Shown here in pieces: positions 40,396 to 54,670 of a stretch of 64,000 nucleotides of DNA (position 1 is its first letter; every line of letters starts with the position of its first letter). The stretch is from Octopus bimaculoides (Eukaryota), in NCBI RefSeq assembly GCF_001194135.2, contig NC_068998.1, positions 35,011,703 to 35,075,702 on the forward strand, given 5' to 3'. The notes below the pieces were generated by a model. The model saw nothing but the letters and a program-made list of their open reading frames with translations. It ran no database searches and had not been told where the DNA came from. Position numbers and translations under genes: made by a program.

Positions 40396-40617
40396 CCCTT
40401 TTGATACCAACCTGCATGAAACTGCCTTTTGCTCTGTAGTACAAATGTCTTGTTTCCATAAGTTCTGAATTAAAATCTTCCACCAAACCTTAGTCACAAT
40501 TTATGTTCCTAACACTAGCTTAATGAGAACAAAGTTATTTTACTAAATTCTTTGTTATATTTAAAATTAATTGAAACAAACTCAGAGCATCTCAAAAGAA
40601 ATACAGTAACGAAAGGG
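40396..40617. mobile_element. piggyBac-type MITE (TTAA TSD), second family
   Basis: TTAA|cccttttgatac … gtaacgaaaggg|TTAA. Confidence 0.75.
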
Positions 40618-41659
40618 TTAAATGTTTGTGGGTGTTGTCAGTTACTTCTCCACACAACCCAAGAAACATGTTTCCATTAATCAACTCAATCGGTCACCAC
40701 CTCAGACTAGCCAACAAACACCACTTGGGACTCAACTAATCTGTTCTGCTCACAATGCAGAGATGGGCAATGAAAGAGTCTTTATGATCATTTAACATGC
40801 TTGAAATAGCAGCAAAATACCCCCTTCTCTTTTATCTTCATGAAAGGGAAGATTAGCTAATGAAGTCCTACATATTCCTGGAAAGAAGAGATAGTTTTGG
40901 TTGGAATGCTTTAAATTATAGGTCTGTCCAATTAGGGTTGAATCTGATATTAAACAACAGCAACAACAATGACAAAAGCAATAGCAACAATTCCAACCAA
41001 ACCAAATAAACAGTATTACATTCCTCATTCATATGGTGATGAAGGTTATGGTCGCATGGAAAATAATACCTCCCTGCCTGTCTGTCTATCAAATCAATCT
41101 TTTTATGTAGTTTTGAGAATTTTTAAGCTAATGAATATTTGTGTTGGCATAAATCAAATTGGTAATAAAAATATTGGTGTCTACTTCATTTCATGACACA
41201 CAAGCACATATCACTGTCTGTCTGTCTACTTCTTTATCTTGTTCTACCTATCAATCTTACTACTTATTTTGTTCTATTTATTTATCTGTTTGTCTCTCAA
41301 GTTCATTGTCCATCTCGCTGTGCATCTCTGGATATTTTTATATTACTGTTTGTCTAGTCTTTTATTGGTACTGGCTTCAAGTATTTATTTAGGCCATCAT
41401 ATCAACCCCAGTATATTTCATTCTGGTATTTATTTTATTAATCTCTCTTCATCAAATTCTTAAGACAAACAATAAAAACGAAAAGACAAATGGATTTTGT
41501 GGTATCTCTACAATTGTTTCATTAAGAAATTTTATTATGGCATATATGCAAAAAGGTATGTATTAATGTGTAAAATTCATAAAAAATATGCAATACATTT
41601 GCATCATATTTCTCCCAAATCATTTGGTTTTATCATCATTAAGAGTCAAATATTGATAT

Positions 41660-42832
41660 ATTGCAACATTGGTGATCTTCACAAACTGACTAGATTCTTT
41701 TATCTGTTGGTTTGTGTCATACTCTTAGCCATCAAAAATCTGCACTTTAGTCAGCTCAGTTGAGGAACTTGCTGGAAAAGTTTTTCCAAGTATAATTTCA
41801 AATTACACAAATGCTGCTTGGTTGTGTGAAAGAGCAATCACAGCACCAAAGAACATTACTTTGAATAATTTAAATGAAAGACTTGAGAAATTTTTATAAG
41901 GAAATGAACATACTTACAAATCTATAGACTCTGTTGTAGATGAATCGGAAATAGTCAATTACCCACTTGAGTTCTTCAACTCACTGCAGCCACTAGGAGC
42001 TCCTCCTCATTGCCATCCGTTGAAAATAAGCACTCCAATCATGCTTCTGCGCAACCTTTCTCAACCAAAGCTGTGCAATGGCACAAGACCTGTTGTCAAG
42101 AAATTCATGAGAAATGTCATACAGGCCACAATTTATGGCTGTAGAAATGGTGAAGATGTTTTTAGTCCTCGTTTACCTTTAATACACTCCAATATGCCCT
42201 TTGAGTTCAAATGACTTCAATTTCAAATACGTCTGTCTTTTGTGATGTCCATTAATAAGTCCCAAGGCCAGATTTTGAAAGTTGCCGCTTTGCAATTAGA
42301 AGAGGACTGTTTCTCACACATTCAGTTATATGTTGGGACATCCAGAGTGGGAAACAAGAACAATCTTTTCTTTCTTTGCTCCTACTGGTAAAATCCGACA
42401 CATTGTCTATAAGGAAGTTTTTACCAAGGGATCAACAAACTAAAATTTGTAGAATGATAACTTTGAATTGATATTGTCAATGTCACACTATATTTGTCTA
42501 AGGAAAGCTATTTGTATTTTTGTTTGTTGTAATACAGTACATATGTTTTTATTTTTCCCCAAACTTTTATTTACTTATCTTGTACTAGACGTAAGCCAAA
42601 CTCTGTGAGATGCTTGCTTCATTTATAGACTGAAATACTATAGATCATAGATCAGAAGTTTATATGCACCCATGATAACATTGGCCAGAAGAAAACAGCT
42701 CTATCATCTACATAAAAGTTAACAGCCATTTCTTATATATTGTTCAATACAATCTAAGTCAGTAGCTTTCAATCTTCATAATACAATTTTGGCAGCTTCT
42801 TTCAACCCAGTCAATGACGGGTGTTTTTGCTA

Positions 42833-42833
<1 letters not shown>
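41660..42833 (+). mobile_element. Helitron 3' portion: PIF1-like helicase C-terminus and canonical 3' end
   Basis: VFPSI…[12 protein letters not shown]…YPLEFFNSL…[17 protein letters not shown]…SINKSQGQ…QLYVGTSRVG; hairpin acccagtcaatgacgggt, then CTAG|T at 42830-42834. Confidence 0.92.
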
Positions 42834-42876
<43 letters not shown>

Positions 42877-42911
42877 NNNNNNNNNNNNACATGCACACAT
42901 ACACACACACA

Positions 42912-43127
42912 CATGGAGTGCTGAAAAGTTCCTGGCTTTGGGTAAAAGAAAATACAGGATGATCAGTTAATTATGATTTTATTCAATGTATTCCCCTCCC
43001 AGATTCACACACTTATTGCAGTGGTCCTTCAGTTTTTCTGTGCCCAGTAAAAGAACTTGGATGGTTGGACCTCCAACCAGGCCTTTCACAATACCCTTAA
43101 AGCCAGGAACTTTTCAGCACCTCTTCG
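42912..43127. mobile_element. Mariner-type MITE
   Basis: ~28-bp TIRs (gtgctgaaaagttcctggcttt / aaagccaggaacttttcagcac); TA on the right side. Confidence 0.8.
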
Positions 43128-43199
43128 TACATATGTAGATATATATATATATGTATGTATGTTTGTATATATCACCTGTATCACCTGCCTACTATCGGA

Positions 43200-43780
43200 T
43201 GTTGTTATAACCCCACTGGTCATAATGCACTTTCAGTTCTGTTTTAATTGTGTCCTTCTTTTGTATCTTTCCATCCAAATGGCCCTTTCCAGTCTATTGG
43301 ATACCATTAGATACTGCACAGATCAACTTGTTGTCTGTAGACCTTGTAATTTTTCTGGCCTTTTGGAACCTGTGCTTTCAGTATTCTGTAATCACATTGT
43401 TCACTCATTCTTGAATTCGACCATTTCAAATATGCGCTCACAATGATATTCCTAGCCTGGATTGTTCCATGGCCTTTTATGCTACATCTGCTATCAATGT
43501 TCTACCCTCTTTGTTGTAGCACACATCCCATTTGCATATTAGAGTGCAGGTAGCATGGTGCCAGTGAAGAGACAGGAACATAGAATCTTGTCAAGCTTTG
43601 CATTGAGCATATTTTTTATCAAGATAAACACCTTCCCTTCTACTCTTATTTGCCATGAGATTCCAGCATCTGTATCTTAGTGCATATTCACTGTGTACCC
43701 CAAGGAGACATATTCTTTCACCTCTTCAATTTCATCACTTCCCACCTCTCTTCATCTTTGTGCTGTCTTCAAACCACATG
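43200..43780 (-). mobile_element. Old RTE/BovB-like LINE C-terminal fragment (different family)
   Basis: Frameshifted motifs resembling EEVKEYVxLG, MLPALxYA and GISL…RI. Confidence 0.5.
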
Positions 43781-43957
43781 TGTTTTATTTTTATGCAGTT
43801 CATTTTAAGGTAGACAGTTCTTACCTACAGTAAAATTGAAGATATTAATTATTTTCAAAAAAGTGATAATTTCTTGGTATTCAGTGTATATTTTAGTAAA
43901 TGGATAGTCTTTTGCTATTTGCTGTCTTATGCCCTGTGTATATACTGCCATGTAATG

Positions 43958-44021
<64 letters not shown>

Positions 44022-44517
44022 ACACACACACACACATCACTATTCTGTCTTATATTTCATCTTGTACCTTGAAAGTATGCCTTCATCATCTCTCTCACTC
44101 ATTCTCTTTCCCTGACTCTTTCTGTCTCTATCTTTCTCTGTCTGTCTCTCTCTCTCCATCTGAGGAGGCCATTTACTTCCACTTCATGAAGTCACCAGTT
44201 CCTGTCTTTGTATCATACTTTCTTTCCCTCAATACTTATACCATCTCTCAAGTTAAGGGGACTTGCTGGTGCAAATGAAAAGGCACTCTGTGATGTGGTT
44301 GGCATTGGAAAGAGAGTCAAGCTGTAGAAAGCATGTCAAGGCAGACATTGGAGCTCAGTGCAGTCCTCTGGTTCATCACTTCTTGATGGACTGTCCAACA
44401 CATACCAGCATAGAAAAACAGATCTTAAATAATGATGATGATAATGAGAAACACACACACACACACACACATGATCATATATACACATAAAATCTATGAT
44501 GTGCTTTAAGTGCATGT

Positions 44518-44549
<32 letters not shown>

Positions 44550-45573
44550 GTCATCCAACTTCAATTGGTGACACTATGTGGTTCAGAACTCCACAGTATT
44601 TTCAAGTAGCTTAAAGTCAGTTGAAGAATCACCAGTTCTATCAACTGGATTGGTTGACCCTAGACTGACCAGTGGCTGAAGAATTTCTTCTGCTCAGGTT
44701 GTATCATGTAGTTTTGCTGAATGAAGATCAATACATGAAACTGTACATCTGCCATGCTGCTCCCCATGACTTGAGTTTTCATCATTGAGGTTAACTCCTC
44801 TCTTGGATGATTATTGATGCCTACATGTCCCTCTGCTCTTTGACAAGTTTTGCTTTTCATCTTGCATGGCATCCAAATCACCCACCTCACCAAGCATGGT
44901 GGAGATGCTGATTTAGTTGCTGCAAAAATGCGACAGATCGTACTGGGCTCCATGTTACCAGTGGCACTCAAAAGTGACATGACATGACATTTAATTAACA
45001 GTAACATTAGGCCTCCTTATTTATCATGTTTACAGTCCTATATTTCTGCACTGCACATTTAACCAAGTGTAATGTTGTGTATACTTGGGAGTTAGCTACA
45101 AAGTAGATGTAGAGCCAAATAAAATTGAAAGCATACAAGAAAGTAAATTATTGATATTTTGAAGCCTTCAGTGAAATATATTGCAATTACTTTTTGCTGA
45201 TGAAATGATTTTATGATTGCATAAAATTATTGAAACAAGAGTACAGATTGCAGATTCAGAGAATCAATAATTTGTTTGTTTTGTTATTCTTTCAATTATA
45301 TATTTGTGTATGGATGGATGTGTGTGTATCTCTATCCACATAAAATGGAAAATGGTTCACGCAAACATGAATGCCTTGTGTATGTCATTCAACTCAGCAA
45401 TCTACCTCTTACTAATGCTCAATTTATACTTCAATATCTTACAAGAAAGACAGAATAGATACTACGTAAGGAACTGGTGTTGACATGATTTCCCCTCCCC
45501 AAAAAAAAAACAAAAGCCCTTGATAGAACGAAAGGGTGACTTTATCTGGTTTTTCTTGTATTTATTTTTCTAG

Positions 45574-45621
45574 AAACCATAACTTGGCTACAGCTTCAGC
45601 ATCACCTGAACATTCAAATCA
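45574..45621 (+). CDS. Candidate 48-nt exon
   Basis: Long pyrimidine tract, ttctAG acceptor, GTAAGT donor; phase-2 frame reads NHNLATASASPEHSN. Confidence 0.3.
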
Positions 45622-46454
45622 GTAAGTATATTGCTTTATTTTTCTTAGATATAAATATATAATAAAATGGGCTCATAGTTATTTTATGGTAAACCAAGAA
45701 AATTTATCAAAATTTCAACTATAATAAGGAGAAAATAACAACAAGGTGTACGATCAATTCTGTTTCAGAAATATTGGTTGGGCAATCCCAATATAAGAAT
45801 TAATTAGAATTTAATTAGAAATATAATACAGTAGTGAGTTTGACCATTGACTATGTAATGATAACTCTGTACATGTTTCTGTCTTATTAAACCTTGTTAG
45901 AGAAACATGGTGTCAACCTTGCTACTAGATCTTAGATAAGTACAAAACTATATGTAAGATATCAGTGGCTGAATACAGAGCAATGCAAACACTTTTAAAA
46001 ATGCTTAACAGAACTGACTCACTTTTAGACTGTGATTTAGTTTTAATTCAGACTATTTCTGTAGTCATCTCAGTATTGCATATAATAATACAGTGATGAC
46101 TGCTATTATATGTAGTCATGGCATGGACTTTTGAAAGATCAATGTGATTGAACTTCAAACCAGACATTCATGCAGCATTGCTCAATCAGGATATCTTGTT
46201 TGAAAGAATTGCACTGGTTCCGGTTAGTTGCCTTACCAGATGATGATCATGGTATCTTGGTACGACCAAAGATCTATTTTACTCTCCACTACATTTTCTT
46301 TTTCAAATTTGAATTATTGGGGTATTGCCATTACTTTTATTGTCAATTAGTATTAATCCATTACCTAATGATTTTCTCTTCTCACTGTGCATGAAATTTA
46401 AATATGATAGCACCCATTTTATTGTTTGTTTTCAATGTAGCTGGTGTTTCTGGG

Positions 46455-46491
<37 letters not shown>

Positions 46492-47079
46492 CTTTCCTAC
46501 TTGCCTACCTACCTTTTTGCCTGCATCCCTCCCTCCCCATGTGTGTGTGTGTGTGTCTGCATGTTCATTTGTGTGTGTTGTGTGCATACGTGTGCATGTA
46601 TGTGCATACAGATGTATGTGGATGCACAAAAAGACAATACATAGACTGAAACAAAAATAGGCGTATTAATCCACGAATATACACACAAACTAATAACATA
46701 TAAAATTACAAAACATTCAAAATGTTGATGCCAAAACTTGGCAACCAGATTGCAAATATGCATGTGCAAAAACGTTGATACTTCAGTTTTTCCCAAAAGT
46801 CAAATACAAAGAAGATAATCATCCAAGAGTCATTCTCCTTGTTTTCTTGTTTTTATTTTTTTACCAAAAATTCTTGTGGGTTCCCATTCTGACTTTCTGT
46901 GACTTTTCGTGTTTTGATTCAAAATGGAGACAAACATCAATTTTACTTTGTGATTGGCTTGAAACATCGTTGAGATATTTCTAAATATGAAATCAATGGT
47001 AGCCTTAATGCTCAAATAAAGAATCTTTATTCACCAATATGGTGTTGAGCACTCACTCTTAGTGTTCAATATTTGTACA

Positions 47080-47213
<134 letters not shown>

Positions 47214-47339
47214 AGTGCAGTGAATAAACAGTTGTCTAAATTACGCAAAAATGAAACTAACACTAACATCTCTTTTTAACATATATTTACCAAAATTACA
47301 TAAAAATATCTTTAAATACTGAAGAGTAAATATATTCAA

Positions 47340-47935
47340 TAAAATCACCATTTGCTTCAGCCACGGCCTCCAGATGACTTCAGAATCTCCTGAAACTCTT
47401 CTGGTGAATGCTGTCATGATCCATTGCCTTCAGTTCATCTTGGGTGTTATAAGGAGTTTTGTTGGTCTCTCGTGCAACTGTGCCCCACACATAATAATCA
47501 AGGCAGTTGCAGTCTGGGGTGTTAGGGGTGATATGGTCAGATGTTAGGAGTGATGTGGTCACAGAAATTGTCTGACAGCCGTGACTGGGTCCTCCTGTTT
47601 GTGTGGTATGTGCTTATGTTGTCAAACATAGGGTCTTCTAGCAGCCACCCTCTTGACACAGGGCAGCACTACCTCCTCCAGGCACTTGATGAAGGCCGCC
47701 TTGTTGAGTCTGAGGCCATGTGGGAAGATGAATAGAGTCATATCGTCGCCATCACTAGTGATCAGTCCAAACACCATGATGTTGACTGATTGTTTGATTT
47801 TTCTCACTCTCGGTACATGTTCACAGATTTCACTGTCCTCAGATTGTTTGCATTATTGGAGCTTCCGGCATGAATGCCAAGCAGAGTGAACTGCATCATG
47901 GTGCTGTTTTTCCCACAGATGGGAAAAACAGTACA
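47340..47935 (-). pseudogene. Tc1/mariner (maT/DD37D-like) transposase C-terminal remnant
   Basis: IMVFGLITSDGD…LEEVVLPCVKRVAARRPYV and TPDCNCLDYYVWGTV…NTQDELKA; frameshifted and runs into a gap. Confidence 0.85.
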
Positions 47936-48976
47936 TANNNNNNNNNNNNNNNNNNNNNNNNNNNNNNNNNNNNNNNNNNNNNNNNNNNNNNNNNNNNNNN
48001 NNNNNNNNNNNNNNNNNNNNNNNNNNNNNNNNNNNNNNNNNNNNNNNNNNNNNNNNNNNNNNNNNNNNNNNNNNNNNNNNNNNNNNNNNNNNNNNNNNNN
48101 NNNNNNNNNNNNNNNNNNNNNNNNNNNNNNNNNNNNNNNNNNNNNNNNNNNNNNNNNNNNNNNNNNNNNNNNNNNNNNNNNNNNNNNNNNNNNNNNNNNN
48201 NNNNNNNNNNNNNNNNNNNNNNNNNNNNNNNNNNNNNNNNNNNNNNNNNNNNNNNNNNNNNNNNNNNNNNNNNNNNNNNNNNNNNNNNNNNNNNNNNNNN
48301 NNNNNNNNNNNNNNNNNNNNNNNNNNNNNNNNNNNNNNNNNNNNNNNNNNNNNNNNNNNNNNNNNNNNNNNNNNNNNNNNNNNNNNNNNNNNNNNNNNNN
48401 NNNNNNNNNNNNNNNNNNNNNNNNNNNNNNNNNNNNNNNNNNNNNNNNNNNNNNNNNNNNNNNNNNNNNNNNNNNNNNNNNNNNNNNNNNNNNNNNNNNN
48501 NNNNNNNNNNNNNNNNNNNNNNNNNNNNNNNNNNNNNNNNNNNNNNNNNNNNNNNNNNNNNNNNNNNNNNNNNNNNNNNNNNNNNNNNNNNNNNNNNNNN
48601 NNNNNNNNNNNNNNNNNNNNNNNNNNNNNNNNNNNNNNNNNNNNNNNNNNNNNNNNNNNNNNNNNNNNNNNNNNNNNNNNNNNNNNNNNNNNNNNNNNNN
48701 NNNNNNNNNNNNNNNNNNNNNNNNNNNNNNNNNNNNNNNNNNNNNNNNNNNNNNNNNNNNNNNNNNNNNNNNNNNNNNNNNNNNNNNNNNNNNNNNNNNN
48801 NNNNNNNNNNNNNNNNNNNNNNNNNNNNNNNNNNNNNNNNNNNNNNNNNNNNNNNNNNNNNNNNNNNNNNNNNNNNNNNNNNNNNNNNNNNNNNNNNNNN
48901 NNNNNNNNNNNNNNNNNNNNNNNNNNNTATATATATATATATATAGTTATACATATTATATATATACACACACAAA

Positions 48977-49022
<46 letters not shown>

Positions 49023-49030
49023 ATATATGG

Positions 49031-49536
49031 AAGTATGGGTACAGCACATCACCAACTGTATAAACAACAGGAAATATGAAAACAAATGAATTAAATACGC
49101 AAACAACGAGAGAAAAATGGAAACAGGACAAGTGAACACAGAGTATGACCCTTCATCAGTTGTCGGCTGCCTATCTACTCCTCATTTTGAACATTCAAAG
49201 ATAATATAAGCCTTCAAAGACAGTTCCTCCCATAAATTCTTAAATGAAATTTAGGATTTATGGAAGGTCAAAGTTGAGAACAAAAAGAGGACAGTGGAGA
49301 CATACAAGGAAACCAAACGAAAACAAACATGGAGGGTTGTTAACCAGAGTGAGAAGAAAATAGGGAACGCTGGGAGAAATATTTTCTTTGAAAAGAGAAA
49401 AGATAGAAAAGAGAGAAAGAAAATGTTCAGTCCTTTGAACGTCCATGCAGGAAAAGAAAGATGGTCACATGAGGAAAAGGAAGATGGACGATGGTCATGT
49501 GTGAGCAATGAGAGAGAGAAAAAGAGAAATAGGGGG

Positions 49537-49567
<31 letters not shown>

Positions 49568-49875
49568 TGGTGAAAGAGGGAGGGGGAAAAGGGGAACTAG
49601 AGAAGGATGGAGGAAGAAAACAATATAGAGTAGAGTCGCATCAAAAAGGCTAAGATAAACTTACTTGGAAATGGATGCATGGTGTTCAATTAAATAGATA
49701 TAATATAAATGATATATATATATGCATATATGGGTACAGCGTGCACCAACTATGTAAACAGCATGAGATATGAAAACAAGTGAGTTAAATATGCAAACAA
49801 GCGAAAAAATGGAAACAGGACAATTAAACACAGAGAACAACCCTTCATCAGTTGTCAGCTGTGTATCTACTCCAC
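49031..49875. mobile_element. Non-coding element bounded by ~150-bp direct repeats
   Basis: 49031-49190 and 49729-49875 are diverged direct copies enclosing GA-rich DNA. Confidence 0.6.
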
Positions 49876-52394
49876 TCTCTGTCTCTCTCTATATATGTAT
49901 GCAGTTATAATATATATATATACACATATATATATGTATATACACATATATGTATGTAACAGTCAGTTATCTGTAAGTCAGCATATCAATATAAAAGTAT
50001 ACACACACACATATATATATATTGTACTGTACTATACTATGCTATACTGCTATGCTATACTGCTATGCTATACTATACAGTTGTTATTCATGGGAATAAT
50101 TTTATAACTAATAAAATCTTCAGCACTGCTGTTTAAATTATGATCATAAGGTCAGGTAGATTAGTAGACAAAACTATAGAACATTATAAGAATAAATTCA
50201 CTCACCCCTGCACAACAGATACAGCACCTATGAAATATATACAAAATTCGCATTTCATACATTTGAGAACCAGTGTAGTCTGGTTACAAAATATATGACG
50301 TTATGAATGTATCAATAAAACAAACATGAAATTGAATATAACTTGTACCACACTTATCTACAAATTCTTTTTTAGGATATAGCTCAATAACACCAGAATG
50401 TAAACTATCCTTACTAGTGTAAAACTATAAAGTCATAAATCATGAAGCGTATTTGATGCAGACAATGTAACATAAAAATGTTAATATTAGTGCAGAAGTG
50501 CTAAAATGCATAACTCAGACTGTTTACTTCAGATGCACATGTCCATCACTTTCTTCTCAGTTGACCATGCATTTGCAATAAGAAACCATTACAACTCATT
50601 ATAGTGCAGTACTTAATGAGTTGAATGACTATAGAAGCTTTATTAACAGCAAAATACGAACCTAATCATGCACAAAGATACATCATATGTGAAAAATATA
50701 ACACAGAATCTGCTAAAACTTCACATTATAACTTTGAAATCTAGTGTTAATGATTTTATTAATTACAAGATTATCCTCAGGAAAAGCATTACCATCACTT
50801 GATTGTAAATCCCATGTCCATGATTTTATCATATACAGGACACACATACACACATACATACATACTATGGTAGACATTCCAAAAATTCTCCATTTGAGAT
50901 TGCACTGTGAATAGATGCAGACACTTGGGTGTATACATCAACAGTTCAACCAACACACCAATTCAGTCACATATTTACAGTCATTAGGAACTCTCTTAAC
51001 TCAAAATGTCTTTGTTAGTGAATTGTTTGAATTCTTTCAGGAAGAACCTAAATAAAACTCAAAGAAAAATCATACATGTATACATAATCAGCGAACTAAT
51101 ATCTCAGAGACATTAATTCCCTGTAACATAATGCATTGAAGCATTCCCTGATGATCCATTTGGGTTAAGCATCAAACTGCACTTGGAACATCCAATAAAG
51201 ATCTTCAAAACAGCCACCATAGTAAAATGTATGCAGGAACAAATAATATAAACTTTGGTAATTTCTCCTATATTTACTTTATATATCATAGCAAGTGATA
51301 CAACTAAGTATGGTAGTTACTTAACCAGTGTACTAGGAGCCAACTGGACGATGATAATCTATGTAGAACTCTAAAGTTAACAGTAGCAGTTGCACATCTA
51401 TTTGTACACTCAAGATACACTATGTGTGTGTGTTTGTGCAGTGGGTGGGGGTATATGTCTATTACAGTTGATGAACAAAAGCAATGTTGGTTACTGCTCT
51501 CCAAGCCAATTTTTCACAAGGTAGTTACTCACAAACTGGTTATTTCAGGGTCTTGACAATTAGGGTTTTATCTTCTTATTGATTTTCATTGTTTTCGAGG
51601 ATTTTGTGGTTATGCAATAAAAGTGATTATTTTGGTTGCTGAGAAGAAAATTGTAATTGTAAAACCACAATCAAGGATAATCAATACATCAGTAATTGTA
51701 TCATATATATCAGGCTCCTACAACTAGTGGAAGGAATGTGTATCCTATATAAGCTTTACAGACAATTCATTTAATAGCTGATTATATTAGCACACAAGTT
51801 CTTTCATACATGATTACAAAGAAAAAAATACTACTTGGCTTTCAGAGTACATTTGTTAAAAGATAAAAAAATAAGCCTCTTGATGTTTGCATGCTCTGTC
51901 TTGGACTATAACACTCAAATGTAATAACAGCTAAAGATAGTACAATCCATGTTTGACTGAGAAATATTATAGCACATTTCACACCAATTATGAAAACAAA
52001 AACACATTTAATGTCAAGTTATAGACATTGTAGGAAATTTGGACTTTCTCTTTGGGAGGCAACAAATAAAGTGCGTGTGTTTCTATACATCATATAACAA
52101 TCTGTCATCATATTTTTTGCTTCATGAACTACAAGAAAATGCTCTGAAGATGGTTCTTTTCAATGTCTTCAATACTAGTATAAAACTGAAGAATTAAATT
52201 TGCTACAATCTACAGAACTCCATGTAATTGTGTTTGAGCAAAAACAAAAAAAAAATCAATTTATCTACCATTATCTGCAACTTCTTGGAAACAATGAAGT
52301 AAAAGTAACTGCAAGACTTATGTATACACACACATGCACATGGTAAGCTAAAAGTGATGCGTCAAACATTAGACCTTTTTTTTATTACGTTAAC

Positions 52395-53000
52395 CATTCA
52401 GCATGCCCTTATTCAGTGTCCAGCTATCGCTGACTTGTGGGGTTATGTTGAACAGCTGATGTTATGTGTGGGTTGGATCTGGCTGTTGGCCAAGTCTGTA
52501 GTGATGATTGCACCACTGCCTTCCTTCAATTGGGCAGATAAGGCAGTTTTCCTTTGCCTGGTGGCTGTGACAAAAGAAGTTGTTTGGTGGACAAGGTTGA
52601 AAGGCATGAGGATAGATACATTCCTCTTTGGTAGAGCTCTCACTGACTTCTTCAAGTTTCACTTGAAAAAGAAATTGAAAGTGGAGAGGGAAGCATTGTC
52701 TTCAAGTGAGTTTATTGAAAGGTGAGTGAAAGTTGTTAAAATAGCAAGAGTGGATGGTACCTCTCTAAGTGTAGACCTGTGAGTTGGAGACAAGGAAATG
52801 GAGAGGGCACTTGCTCCTGGGGTTTCAGGGAAATCTTTGACAGTGGGGTTCCTCAGTTATCCCTAGAGGCCTTCCTGTATCAGGAGGGCCACATCTCTAT
52901 CATCCTCCCTGCCACCTTTTTTTAAAGCTTTTTATGCTATGCATATGTCCCTTCTTTTTCACTGTATACTGAGTATACTTTCTTTCTTTCTTGTTTTTTT
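52395..53000 (+). mobile_element. Tx1/L1-like LINE ORF2 C-terminus and 3' UTR
   Basis: TIQHALIQCPAIADLWGYVEQL (end of the CCHC knuckle)…KEVVWWTR…FIER*, followed by a T-rich tail. Confidence 0.75.
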
Positions 53001-54379
53001 TAGGATTTACATATAATGATATGTAAATCCATACACTTTACGTCTGTCTTTGTATTGTCCCCTTCATCCTTTGCTCTGTTCAACATTATTTTATTGATCT
53101 TATTCAATTTTAGAAGAATTGAAGAAATTCTGAAGTGTACTAAACGTATTTTGTGCATGATTTCGGCCCACCCTGTACATATATATGTATGTGTGTGTGT
53201 GTGTACACACCATGCTATACAAGATACTATGTGAATGTGTGTTGTGCACTTTATTGATTAGACAAAATGAAAGACAAAAAAGAAAAAATAGCTTTCAGCC
53301 ATATTATTGTTAGAGAAATTTTGGTAGAGCAATAACTATATTGAGTCATCAACAGAGGAAATGTTTTCTTGGGCTCTCGTGTTTTTAATCCTTTTCATGA
53401 AAACTGTTATGATATATGTTCATACATATTTTATATGGGCATGCATAGCTATAAATATGTACATACATATTTACTTATAACAAAAAATATATTCATGCAT
53501 GTAGAGGCAAGACATGGCATGAACTAATGTACATGTACATCTGTATGCATATCTGCATATGTATATGTATGTGTGTTTATGTATACATACATAGATATAT
53601 ATACAGATACATATGTATGTATATGTNNNNNNNNNNNNNNNNNNNNNNNNNNNNNNNNNNNNNNNNNNNNNNNNNNNNNNNNNNNNNNNNNNNNNNNNNN
53701 NNNNNNNNNNNNNNNNNNNNNNNNNNNNNNNNNNNNNNNNNNNNNNNNNNNNNNNNNNNNNNNNNNNNNNNNNNNNNNNNNTATATATATATATATATAT
53801 ACATACATACATACACACACACATGTATATAGAGTATATATATAAAATATTACTTTCTAGTAAAATAAAGCACCATAAAGGTAGCAGTATAAATATAGAG
53901 TAGTGGTACAACAAGGCACCAATGTTTACTGAAAATAGGAGTCAAGACATTTACGATGCTATAGTAAAGCTTCAATGTGTATATACTGGCAAAGACGTGT
54001 GCAGGCAGTGAACATAAAATATTCTGTCTTATCTCTACGAAGAACATTAGATAAATTGTCAACCCAGAATTGGATAATCTAGTACTTAGGTTTTGGACTC
54101 TTCAAAGTAGTCCATTATTAATTATGCACCATCGTAAAATATTGGTAATTCTACATGTGATCTTTGCCTTGAAGAAATGTATTATGTAATTACATGTAAA
54201 TTAATTTTATTGAATTTTAATGGGAGCTTTGCAATAAAATGTTGCCATAAATTTTGAAAGATATTCAGATATTCCAGTTCTCAATTATAATTGCTTCACA
54301 TATATTATATAATAAGGTTAACTCTTCTGAAATGTTTACTGCATTTCATAAATAGATGAACAATTGATGTGATGTAAAA

Positions 54380-54670
54380 TCTCTATGTTTCCAGTTGTGA
54401 TGAAGTAGAATTCTTATGTTTATTTTTTATTCCTTGGTTATCCAGTGACGTCACCAATATTTGAATACAAAAGTAGCCTTTTTTAGATTATATTTCTCTA
54501 TATGTTTCTAAATGTCAAAATGTAGAATTCACATGTTTGTTTTTTATAAATTTATTATCCACTGACATCGCCAAGAGTTGAAAACAAAAATAGCCTTCTT
54601 TAAATATGCTATATTATTATTATTATTGTTGTTGTTATCCACTGACGTCACCATTAGTTGAATACAACAG
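54380..54670. repeat. ~117-bp tandem duplication carrying TGACGTCA
   Basis: Motif ttatcca(c/g)tgacgtcacca…ttgaatacaa at about 54438, 54555 and 54635. Confidence 0.7.

Noticed and set aside
44660-45007. 115-aa minus-strand ORF
   Set aside because: No recognisable motif in any frame I examined; possibly a decayed TE.
49150-49170. CTGATGA in the 49-kb direct repeats as a functional ribozyme
   Set aside because: No GAAA partner or stems in these copies.
49294-49653. 119-aa Lys/Glu/Arg-rich ORF
   Set aside because: Arises from GA-rich repeat DNA that is poor in stop codons.
53150-53177. Isolated Tc1/mariner-like TIR (…ggcccaccctg|TA)
   Set aside because: No partner TIR or coding sequence found nearby.
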